From positions 19,428,101 to 19,492,100 of the forward strand of contig NC_092677.1 of assembly GCF_964355755.1 (NCBI RefSeq): a stretch of DNA of 64,000 nt. Reading direction: 5' to 3'. This document shows, in pieces, positions 13,641 through 25,671 of the stretch (its first letter is position 1; every line of letters starts with the position of its first letter). A program made the translations under genes and the position numbers. The notes under the pieces are model-generated. The model ran no database searches. It saw nothing but the letters and a program-made list of their open reading frames with translations, and had not been told where the DNA came from. The stretch comes from Antedon mediterranea. Its lineage: Eukaryota > Animalia > Echinodermata.

Positions 13641-13933
13641 AATTGAAGCAAACTTTCAAAATATTGTACTCGGTACCGAAAACAGATATGTTGACCACAT
13701 GTTCTCTCTTGGATGCAGTCTGTATTTATAAAGCACACATTAAAAAAATAAGTAAAGAAATGGAATTATGGTTCACTTTCTCGCCTCTTTTTGGCATTGG
13801 TATAATAGGTTATACCTTAACCGACTATTATAATACGGTATATTCTACAGAGGTTTATATAACGCTGTGCAATGCCAATAGGTGGTTAAATCTTTATATA
13901 GAATTAATAATATAAGTTATATATAAGTAAGCA

Positions 13934-14463
13934 ATGAATATAACCATGAGACATAAAACTAGAAAATACAATGTTAGTTCTCATCTCATTCATATGTTTT
14001 ATTCCTCTGTTGTTCAATCAATCATTTCTTATTGTATTATTGTTTGGTTTTCTCATATTAATGTAAACAGTAAAAGTCAAATTCAGAGATTAGTAAACAA
14101 GGCCAGCAGAGTTATCGGTGTAGAAGTGAAATCTTTAGATGAAATGTTTAATACATTCATACTTAAGAAATTTGACACAATTATGCAAGACCCATCACAT
14201 CCATTACATTCAGACATCATTATAAGTAGATCAGGAAGGGTTAGACTGACACAGGAAAAAATATCCACAAACCGTTTCAGATTTTCACCAATGTACATAG
14301 CATGCAATTTATTTAACAAAAACTTTTCAAGATAGTCACTTGTATCATTTGTATTTATTTATATAGTTATCACATCGTATTATTTATTCTACTCAGGTAC
14401 AAAACATATCTCGAAATTGTTAACAATTTTGACAATAAAGTTATCTTGTATCTTGTATCTTGT
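13934..14463 (+). mobile_element. 3' end of a Rex/Babar- or RTE-like LINE with (ATCTTGT)n tail
   Basis: ORF with FY-x-S-x2-QSII-x-YC-x3-WF and IMQDPSHPLH; AATAAA then ATCTTGT x3. Confidence 0.75.
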
Positions 14464-14796
14464 AAAACTAGAAAAAAAAGAAAAGAATGTTTAAAACTTA
14501 CTATAATTTTTAGAATTTTATAATTTTACTTATGTTCTTATTGTACAAAAAAAAAGAATTAAGAATAATTGTATTGCATTTTATGTATTGTAAATATTTA
14601 TTTATTTATTTTTTACTAAATCAGCTAGAATGTTGCTTTTAACAAATAAATGACACGAAATTACATAGGCCTAGTGGCCTGCATTTTTTGTACAGAGGCC
14701 AAAATTGACTTTATTGACCAGTGATTTGCCGTTTATATGTTAACTACATAATGATTGAAAATGTTCATCTGGTTTGTAGGTATAAGTATCTTGAAA

Positions 14797-14832
<36 letters not shown>

Positions 14833-15619
14833 CAAACCAAAAACTAACCTTCATTAGCCATAGTAATTATTGGTTTGAAAAAAAGAATATTTTCAAGATA
14901 GTTAACTACATAGCTAGTAATTATTTGTAGATATTGCCTTTATATCAGTGTAATATAACATTGATATCGGTAAGAATTATATTTTTCTCTCATACTAGGC
15001 CTATATCAGGCAATATCTGTTTGACATTTTACCACAGTTACTTGTGCCACAGGAGCATGTGTATCTTATTAGCTTTACAGTATGTACCAAGTGCAGTACG
15101 TGTCTTGTGGACAAGGGTCATTATAACATGCTGAAAAATAATATAAAAATTAGCATAGCTGGTAACCTATGTTAGGCCTAACTGCATACTCAATGATATT
15201 TCAGTTTAAATAAAATATCTTTAATAGACAAAATCTATAATCATAATTAATGAAAAGGCGATATTCATTGCAAATAATCGTTTATACGTGCTGATTTTTG
15301 CTAATAGATAAATATTGAATTACCGGTGTAAAAATGAAAAGATATTTGTCAGATTTGTATAGGCCTAAGTAAAGTACGGTATAGACTTAAACACACGTAC
15401 TTTATTTCCTACACTTTACCTTTAATACAGCTTGTAATAAAATGAAATCATACCTTGACAGTGTACAAGAATCATTTTACAGATGAGTATAAGAAAAACA
15501 CTGGTACTTAATAACTTCCCACATATCTAAAGCTAATTCATTGAATTAAATCACTGAACTGTTTGTAGTTAACAAACACATGATTGACACATTGAATTGT
15601 TTTTTTTTTCCGATAATTA

Positions 15620-18600
15620 TGGGTTTGAATTATAATTTCTCAAGAACTAATGTATCCGCTTTCAAGCGTAAAAGAGGGCGCCGTGCTGGTCGGAATATGC
15701 GGAAGCAAATACTTGTTCAGATCGGAGGAAGAGTAGATAATTCTAATATTAATGGTGAGAGAGGGCCTAGCATTCTTGTTCCAATTTTGTGTAAAGCTAA
15801 ACTTAGTAGGTCTAACATTTACCCTAGTGTTTTTCTGTGTAATGCGCGCTCGTTATGTAATAAGATGAATGAATTTGAGTTAGTTTTAGCAAACAGTAAC
15901 ATTGACATTGCTGGTATAACAGAATCGTGGTTTCATTCTGATTTTTCTTCTGAGTGTTCGGCAGTTCAGGGTTTCTCATGCATTCGGAATGATAGAAGTA
16001 ATCGCGTTGGCGGTGGTGTTGTTCTATATATTAATGAAGTATATGATTACGAAGTTGATGATGCATGTCCTATTGATCTTGAATGCCTATGCGTTGATGT
16101 AAAAATTAACCTCTCTTTCTCAATCGTCACTATTGTCGTCTATTACCCACCTAACTGTAATCGGAATCAACAGCTTACAGAGTTCTTGTGCTCAAGAATT
16201 GACTATTTTCGTAGTGTAAGGGATAATGCTGCTTTCATTATTATGGGTGACTTTAATGACTACGATATTGACCCCCTACTTTATCAAACATCATTAGAAC
16301 AAGTAGTAGATTTTCCCACTCGCGATGATGCATGTCTTGATAAAATGTTAACAAACATCTCTGATCTTTACCAATCCCCTTTAAAACTCTCTCCCCTGGG
16401 TTGCAGTGACCATGCCTCCATTCTTTTAAAACCTAATTTTATTCAAAAGAAACCGGTAAAGAGAAGGTTGCTAGTTCGCCGTCCCTTGAAAGACTCGTCC
16501 ATGCGTGCATTTGGCCAAGTTATTACTGGGATTGACTGGGATGATATAGTTCATGAGGACGACAGTTCTGAATATTTAGCTGCCAAATTTGAAAGTGTGC
16601 TTAAGGAAACCTACGAAAAGTCTTTTCCTTCAGTAGTTATTCGTGTCAGAGACAATGATAAACCTTGGTTTAATCAAAGTATTAAAAAAATGATTGAGAA
16701 AAGACATCGTGCTTATCGAAAGGGTAACCAAACAAGATACCGTCATTTTAGAAGGCTTGTTCGTTCTGAAGTAAGATTGGCAAAATCAAACTTCTATAAA
16801 GAATCTATATCTTCTCTTAGGAAAATTGAGCCCCAGAAGTGGCACAAGAAAGTGCAGAGGATTGCTGGAAAATCAAAACCGCAATCTGCACTTCTTGAAC
16901 CTGGTTGTGACCCTGATGTTGTTGTAGATGTTGTCAACAAACATTTTGCTAGGATTTGTTCTTTTTTACCTGCATTAGATTTGCGAAATTTACCTGCCTT
17001 TCTTCCTTCTGTTAAGCCCCCTGTTATTTTTCCTGGGCAAGTTTTTAAACTATTAAAGGGCATTAATGTGAATAAATCAAGGCATCCTCGTGATATACCT
17101 CTCCGATTAATTAAGGAATTTGCCTTAGAACTTGCCCAACCTCTCGCTAAAATATTGAATTGTTGCCTCCAGGATAATAATTTCCCATCTATCTGGAAGA
17201 ATGCCATCATTACTCCTGTACCCAAAAAGCCAAAGGCTTCTACACCTAATGAACATAGGCCTATATCCATCACGCCTGTTTTTGGTAGAATTTTTGAGAG
17301 CTTCCTTTCTGATTGGATAGCTACTGATTTCAGACCTCTTATGGATTCCCAACAGTTTGGAAATGCGAAGGGTTCATCACCGACTCATTACCTTGTTCAA
17401 CTCTGTAATAGGCTTCTGTCAGGATTAGATAGCTCAGGAATGTATGGTACTATTTGTGCCATAGACTTTAGTAAAGCCTTTGACCGGGTCAACCATTCAA
17501 TTCTGATTGACAAATTAATTGGTCTTAATATCATGCCCTCTATCATTCCAACGGTGTGTAGCTTCCTCTCGCAAAGAAATCAGTGTGTGCGGTTGGGCGG
17601 TTCAGTCTCAGCGCCAGAACCAATTTCGTGCGGAGTGCCTCAGGGTACTAAATTAGGCCCAATCCTATTTACTATCATGGTTAATGATTTGCTCAACAAT
17701 GTACCTGATAGATGGAAGTTTGTTGATGACCTGACGATTGGCGAGGTGATTTCAGTACAGAGACCTGAAGATAGTTCGATTCAAAGCAACCTTGATGCTC
17801 TTTCCAGTTGGTGTGTGGAGAATGATGCAACACCAAATCCTGTAAAGTTTCAAGTGATGCGTGTTCATTTTTTGCGTAATTTTCCCCAATTTGAGCCGTT
17901 ACAAATGGATGGTGTTATACTCGAAGAATCCCAGAGTGTGAAACTTCTTGGAGTGCATCTGCAATGTGACCTCAAGTGGGACAAGCAGATTAAAGAAGTC
18001 GTTTCCAGGGCATCACGTCGTCTATATATGCTATACATTCTGAAGCGTTTTGGAGCCCCAAATGATGATCTGGTTTTCACTTTTATAACATACATTCGTC
18101 CTTTACTTGAGTATGCCAGTCCTCTTTGGCATAGCTCGATCACCAATAAACAGAGTGATCAACTTGAATTCATCCAAAAGCGTGTTGTAAAACTTATTAT
18201 TGGATATCAAAACTATGTTAGTTACGCAAAATCACTTGAAACCCTCAAGTTAAAGACATTGCAGCATAGACGTCAGGTTCTTCTTTATAACTTTGGAAAG
18301 GGGCTGCTAAAGTCAGATCGCTTTAAGGAATGGATCCCTGAAAAAGAAAAGCCGACAAGGTGTTTGCGTAAAGTTATAAGTTTGATGTGCCACGATGTCG
18401 GACTAAAAGACTTGCTGCATCAACAATTCCAACTGTTATTGGACTCTTAAATAATGAATAGATTTGGACAATTAACCTTTAAAGACATTTCGAAGAGTAT
18501 GTTCTATTGTCTCTTTGTCAAGTAGTTGTTTTATGCTTTAAATTTTTTTTTGTAACTACTTATGGGACTATAAAAATGTGATTTATAAGATTCAATTTTT

Positions 18601-18983
18601 TAAATTTGTAAATATAATATAAGAATTTGTAATTATTAATATCATCCTTTGAATTTGAATTTTGTGCAATTTTTATTGTACTTTTAGTTTAATGAATTTT
18701 ACATATATTTTATTGGTGTTTAAAAATAATGTGATTATTAATATTAGTCTCTATTTTTTAAAATTGTATATTTAAGAATTTGTGCATTTTTTATAGTAAT
18801 TTTAAGTTTAACGAATTATACAGTAATTATTACTGTTTCTTAGGCTTTAATGTGTTTTTTCTTCGTTTAACTTTGTTTAGGCTATGTGAATTATCATTTT
18901 CATATGTAAGCTCTTCATTTCAACTATGAGTTGTATTTTGAGTCTTTTTATACCGATTAAATAAAAAAAAAATAAAAATAAAA
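15620..18983 (+). mobile_element. CR1/L2-group LINE, near-complete ORF2 (APE endonuclease plus RT), T-rich 3' UTR and A-rich tail
   Basis: ORF 15580-18450: NARSL, ITESW, GGGV, GDFN, SDH (endonuclease); RPIS, DFSKAFD, GVPQG, FVDD (RT); C-terminus apparently frameshifted; AATAAA and poly(A) at about 18960-18983. Confidence 0.92.
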
Positions 18984-18989
18984 TTGAGT

Positions 18990-21900
18990 ACCATATTCAA
19001 TCAAACAAAACATTGTTGATCCTAATAAATGAATTAGATCATACATAAATGAGTGTTTAAAATGTGGATTAACAAATCATCAAACCAGAGACTGTTTTTA
19101 TGCTCATCCAATTCGATGTGCTATTTGTGGTGAGTATGGACACAAAGCATACCTTTGTCGCACACAAGATCACAAACACGTCGTCCACTTCAACAATCGT
19201 GAAGCATAGGACAACGGCAACAGCAATGTAAGCACTAACAATAAATTCACTGTCCTATTAGACGAAGCAGAACATTTAGAGATTGAGAACAATGACAATT
19301 ATTTTCCTACAAATACTACATCAGCATCTACGACTGGAAGCGTTTTTAAACGTCACAGACGTGGTCATGGTAAAAGAAATAAGACTGGTAAGAATATTAC
19401 AAATCATGGCAAATGTCTTCTAAATATTGGTTTCAACAATGTAAATCGATTACGCTCTAAAGTTCCAGAAATTTTAAGATTAATGAATTCGGAAAATATA
19501 CACATATTTGGAGTTGTAGAAACTTTTTTAAAAGGTGAATTAACTGATGATATTAATGGGTTCCAATGGATAGGTAAAAACAGAAGTTCAAAGGGAGGTG
19601 GTGGAATTGGTGCATTTATATCAAAAAATGTTAAGATTATTGATGACAATGTTTTGAACTCGCGAGATGATACATATGAAAGATTATGGTTCAAAATCTC
19701 TCCTGATGAAAATCAAATTTATATAGCCGTTGCATATTTTCCTGTTGAGGGAGTAGATAATGATTTATGTGATGAATTATATAACCAATTGCTTGCTGAT
19801 ATAATTTGTATCGAGAATGATCATGGAGACCCCGATCCCCAAATCATAATAATGTCTGATATGAATGCTAGGATTGGTAAAGAAATCCCTTATGGCGATC
19901 CAGTTCTAAACTCAAATGGCGAGCGTCTTTTAAATTTTCGTAACGACACATGTTTAAATATTCTTAATTGTACTCGGAAATGTGTAGGTAAATTCACATG
20001 GTTTAGAAACAATTTCCAAAGTACTATTGATTATATGCTTTGTTCTGATAATTTAGTCGATTCTGTTAAAGAATTTTTAATTGATGAAGATCGAATAATG
20101 GGTTTGGGGAGTGACCATAATGTTTTATTATTAAAATTATTTGTAAAATGTGTTGGTAAAGTATACGTTAATCGTAATACCAGATATAGCTGGGACTTTA
20201 AACAAGGGCAAGATTTTGAATTATTTCATGGTAAAATAGAAGAAAAGTTTAAAGATTGGAATGCCGATTCATACCATGATGTTGACATGCTTTGGGAATC
20301 ATGGAAACAAAATTTAATTGAAGCGGCCCGCGAAGGAATTGGTGTACGTAAACAAAAAAATAGTAATAAATGCAATGCTTGGTTTGACAAGGAAGTCGAA
20401 ACTGCTATAAAACAAAGAAGAGATGCAGCTCGTCTTCATAGAAAATGGGCAAAGAATAAAAGTAATTTAGATGAAGGGGAGAAGCTATGGCAAAGCTATC
20501 TTGATAAGAAAAATCATACAAAGAATCTAATTAGAAATAAGATTACTGAAATGCAAGTAAATAGATCGATTGATATTGCCAACAAAGGTGGTCGTAATTG
20601 CCGTGACTTTTGGAAAGTGCTTAAAGGAAATACGCGCAAAAATGACACTGTACAATGCTTAAAAATACCGGGCACCAATGAAATAACTTGTGACCGAAAT
20701 AAAATGAACTATACCGTCTTAGAGTATTGGAGTACACTAGGAAAGATGAATAGAAATTTAAATTCCGAGTATGATAAAGATTATATAGAGACAGTCAACT
20801 TCGTTAATAACCTTAAAATAAATAATGACTGTAGGCAAAATGTTGAGGATAGCACTAAATCAATAGTTGACATTAAACTCACATTAGATATAGTTAAATC
20901 TGCTATCTACCAATCAAAAAACAACAAATCTGCTGGTTCTGACAATATATCTAATGAATTACTTAAAAACGGTGGGACGATTTTAAATAGATTAATGTTA
21001 TCTCTATTAAAAAAAAATTGTTAGTCTTGAAAAAGTACCGTCGGAATGGAATAGTAGCATTGTTGTACCAATATATAAAAAGGGTGATAGAAGGGACCTA
21101 AATAACTTTAGAGGAATATCTTTAACATCTTGCGTTTCTAAAATATTCAATAGAGTTGTACATTACACAGTTTCCGACTTCTTAGAAGAAAACAATACCC
21201 TTTCAGAAGTTCAGGGAGGGTTTAGACCCCACCGAAGATGTGAAGACCACATTTTCACTCTTAAAAACATTGCTAGTTGCCGACTTGCGGAAGGCAAGAA
21301 GACTTACTTAGCATTCCTTGACATAAAAAAAGCATTTGATAGCGTATGGAGAGATGGATTGCTAATGGCAATATGGAATATTGGAATTCGTGGTAGATTA
21401 TGGAATATTATAAGTAGCTTGTACGACAATGTTAAGGGGCAAGTAAGATTTGGTGACATTGAAACACAGTCTTTTGATATAGAAGAAGGTGTTAAGCAAG
21501 GGTGTGTCCTTTCCCCAACCCTGTTTTGCATAATAATGAACGAACTCACTAAATTATTACGAGAACACGCGTTAGGTGTGCGCATACACGATATCTGCCT
21601 TGGTAGCCTTTTTTGGGCCGACGATATTGTACTTTTAGCAGATAGCGAAAAAGAACTCAATAAAATGTTAGATTTAGTATCCTTATTTGCTAAAAAATGG
21701 AAATTTAATTTTAATAGTGAAAAGTCAAATGTTTTGATAATAGGCCAGAATCTGAATAGCGAAAAACTTTGGAAATTGGGGGATACTTTTATATCTGAAG
21801 TTGAAACATATAAGTATCTTGGTGTATACATTTCTAGAAATCTAAAAGACAATTTCCACATCAATCAAGTTATTAAAAAGGGCAATAGGATCATTGCGTA

Positions 21901-23172
21901 CATTAAATATATTATAGATAGACTCAACAATTTTGATCGTGTTGTATATGGAGATATCCTTTGGAGAAGTATCGGCCTTCCGACTATTAACTATGCTTGT
22001 GCTGTATGTGTCAATACAAATACTAAAGACATACAAAGGATTGAGTCTCTTCAATTACAAATGGCGCGAACAATTCTTAAAGCGAGTAGAAGCACTGCAA
22101 AAGAGGCACTTTATGGCGATCTAGGTTGGCAACCAATTAAAGTAACTCAGGATATTTTTAAAGCAAAATATATAAGAAATGTTATGTGTATGGAAATGTA
22201 TCGTTGGCCAAAACTTATATTAAACACAATTATTAGACATAAGAATTTTAATTCAAGGTACCAATTTATTAATGAATTTGAAAAAACTTGTGATTATATT
22301 AAGTTCGATTTCAATGCCATTCTTAATGATATATGTACAGGTACTGATATTGATATAAACTGGGTCAAGCCATTTGAAAATACAATTAAACAATCGTATT
22401 CTACTTTTTGGAAACAAGAAGTATTAAGAAAATCATCTTTGCTTGATTACTCTTTGATAAAGGAGTCACCTAGCCTAGAACCTTACCTACTGGATAAAAC
22501 AGATTTTTATGGCTCAAGTTTAAAATTTAAACTTCGTTCAAACACTTTACCACTTGGAAAAAATACAAATAAGTGGAACATTGATAATCTAAATGACAAG
22601 TGTAAGGTTTGTGGGTCAGGTGAAGAAGATGTTATTTCCTGTTTATTTGTAATAAGTTACATTGTATTAGAATGGAAGAATTACAAACACTTCAACATAA
22701 ACTTATTGCAATAAATTGTGTAGATACTTGGGTAAATTTTATTTCTGGTGACCTATCTATTAAGGTTCAATATGTCCTAGGAAGCACGTTATTCCATAAA
22801 AATAACTCTCACGACATTTATGCTGTATTTGACAGTTATTGTAAAATGTACACAAGCCGTGCTTGGAAATTAAGAAATGCAATTGTATTACAAATTTGAA
22901 CTGTTTTATTTTTTTTTTTTTTTAAGTGTTTTCTTTTCCATTGCTGTTGCAAAATTAGTAGTTGTATATTAGTGTAGTTTTAGTTTGTAAATAAGTTTTG
23001 TAATAGCGTCGAGTCAAATTTTATGTCTATCTCAAATATGTTTTATTTTCGTTTCAGTTTTTATTTTTCATTGTTTTTGTATTGAATTTTGTAATTGGTA
23101 TGGACGCACCATCTACGCATGTGTGCCACTGTTAAAAAAGTGTTGTTCCAAATAAATATTATATTATTATTA
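18990..23172 (+). mobile_element. LINE with ORF1 remnant (two CCHC knuckles) and ORF2 (endonuclease plus RT) broken by frameshifts; (ATT)n tail
   Basis: CLKCGLTNHQTRDC and CAICGEYGHKAYLC at 19054-19158; ORFs 19483-21024, 21359-22714, 22672-22899 with DMNARIG, SDH, AFDSV, GVKQG, WADD; frameshift in an A-run near 21010; AATAAA plus ATT repeats near 23151-23172. Confidence 0.9.
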
Positions 23173-24465
23173 AATACAATACTATGTATAATATCTAATT
23201 TCCATTACCAATTACCATATCCGAAATGCAGATGCAGTTTTCTTAACATTTTTATATTTGGTCTTAGTAATAGTTAACCTGTGTAATACATGCACAACAT
23301 AAATCCACTCCTCAAAAGTTGGTGCTGAGAGTTAAATTTTCGTGTAAATTGGGACACGGATCCTGGCGTATATCAATATTTAGTTATCTATTTATTTAGA
23401 GTTTATATTTTTGTTATTGTTACTAGTCAGTCATTATGTGCATTATTTTGTTGGTCGATCATTTTATACAACCGAAGTTAACTATCAAGTATCGTTCGAT
23501 TATCATCATCATTATTAGCTTCATCAACATATTATGATCATCTTCTGTCCTATATCATGCATCTTCACAGTGGCGGTGATGTTCGATTATATACTACACT
23601 AGAAATAATTATAGTAAGTTATGCTATTAACACAGAAAGAAAAGAAACAAATATTTACATAACTAAATGGAAGAATGAAATAAATTAGCATCGTCAACAT
23701 GTAATTTACACACAACACAAATAAGTTAAGCTTTCTCAGTTTATTCAGAGTATGCATATTTAACAATACATAATATTTATTTCTACTGATACTGTACAAG
23801 CAATGTTAAATACTACTAGACTAGCTTAATAATATGGGGGATACCACTCATATGACATCGCTGTATTAAAGGTCCAGTGTGTTGTCACAGGAGCCAGTAA
23901 ATCAAATGGTTGTTATTAAGTATATCGGTAAGGATGTGTGTGACCTATTGAACGGCTAATTTAACAATGAAGTGTACTAGTGTGCATCTTATTAAACAAC
24001 TAAAAACACTATGAATTCCCCTTGATTGCCAATTAGAAATTAGCCTATTCTACATGTTTGTGGTTCCTCTATAGATATACCCATTGGTCTATAGAATACA
24101 TCGTCAATTACTGTGGTTGGAACTTTGATAAAGTGAATCCCTTGACTAACATTCACTTTTTATTTACCCTGTAGAAACATTCATCTTAATTACTCTGAAA
24201 TCTACCCACATTTATATACCACATCCTTGGTTAAAAGAAAGTACTTGTGCTGTGTATAAACTATAATTTATTACTTTAAATTAAAAAATGTTATTACTTA
24301 ACAATCTTATATAACTGTTTTATTTTAGGCCTAAAGTATACCATTGTCACCATCCATTATCTTTATCTAACTCCTTTCCAAGTTAGAAAAACGTTTAGTT
24401 CGTGCTGGTATATCATGACAAAACGTTAACATGTAATAATGACCGATCTTTGAATAATTTGTACT

Positions 24466-24500
<35 letters not shown>

Positions 24501-24504
<4 letters not shown>

Positions 24505-25656
24505 CCAAAGACAAATTACTGAGAAAAATGACAATGCTGTGGGTATCAGTGGCTGGATCTCAATGGAGATACAAAAATAAAAAGCGAAAAGCTAAATCAA
24601 AACGATAAAGTAAACAGCCAGAAAAGTTAGCAGAGCTTTCGGGCAACACTAGCCCTTCATCAGTGCAAGTGAAGGAATTTGGATAACGTCATAGTATAAA
24701 GCTGGCAAGTGCTGCCTGGGTGGACATGAATAAAAGAAATATAACAAAGGGAGCCAGGGTGGAGTCTGAATAAGAGTGGAAAACAAAGAAGGTAGCTTGG
24801 TAGAGATATAAACAATTTTGGAATGAGACTAAAAAACAGCTTAAATGGTGGTTAATATTGAAACTTAAATTTTGGTAGTCAATGGAATAATTTTACCGAT
24901 CTGGGAGTATGTTCCTAATGTTAAGTCCAAAAGGTTTTGTGGTTTTAAGTAGTAATTCCCAGTGGTTTTCTTTGTCTTTGCGAGTTTTGTCGCTCCATTT
25001 GACATCGTGGTCTATTGCAATAACTCTGAAATTTGCAATCGAGTGACCAGCTGAATTAAAATGTTCGGCTACAGGTTGATCAAGCTTTAATGTTTTGATA
25101 GCTGATCTATGTTGTGTCATTCTCATACGGAGAGTGTTTTTTGTTTCTCCGACGTACTGTTTGCCACAAATATTACAGTATATGAGATAAATGACGTTTT
25201 TGGTTAGACAATTAATTGATTGTCTTATCCGAAAAATGCGGCCAGTTTGGTTACTCACAAATTTTTCAGTAGAATCAACCAATGAACAAGTTTTGCAAGA
25301 TTTGCCGCAAAGGTGACTGCCCAAATTTTGGCTGTCATGAGAGTTAATTTCACTCTTAAATTTGGATCTGACTAATATATCACAAAGGTTGGGAGGTCTA
25401 CGAAATGCAATAATGGGTGGTTCCGGAAAAACAGTCCTGAGACGTTCTGTGGACTGTAGAATGGGCATATGTTTCTCAATAATAGCCCGTAATGGAGGCA
25501 ACCTAGGGTGTAGGTTGTGACCAATGGCACTCTGGTCGATTTGTTTGGCTGACGTGGTTTGTACGTCAGTGTTTGACATCGAGGAATATCTTTTGCTTTC
25601 TTTATAGCAGTTTCGATGAATTCCTTCTTGTAATTTCTATTCCGGAGAAGTCCGGT
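24501..25656 (-). mobile_element. 5'-truncated Penelope-like retroelement (GIY-YIG endonuclease end and 3' region) between (TA)n tracts
   Basis: ORF 24893-25579: RRPPNL-x-DILV, C-x3-C-x2-C, NVIYLIYC-x2-CGKQYVGET...R-x3-H, E-x2-W...P-x-GLN; (TA)n at about 24470-24500 and 25657-25671. Confidence 0.9.
24630..24667 (-). ncRNA. Minimal type I hammerhead ribozyme of the Penelope element
   Basis: Minus strand TTGCA-CTGATGA-AGGGC-TAGTGTT-GCCC-GAAA-GC-TC-TGC: catalytic core, 4-bp stem II, palindromic AGCT stem III, 3-bp stem I. Confidence 0.8.
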
Positions 25657-25671
25657 TATATATATATATAT

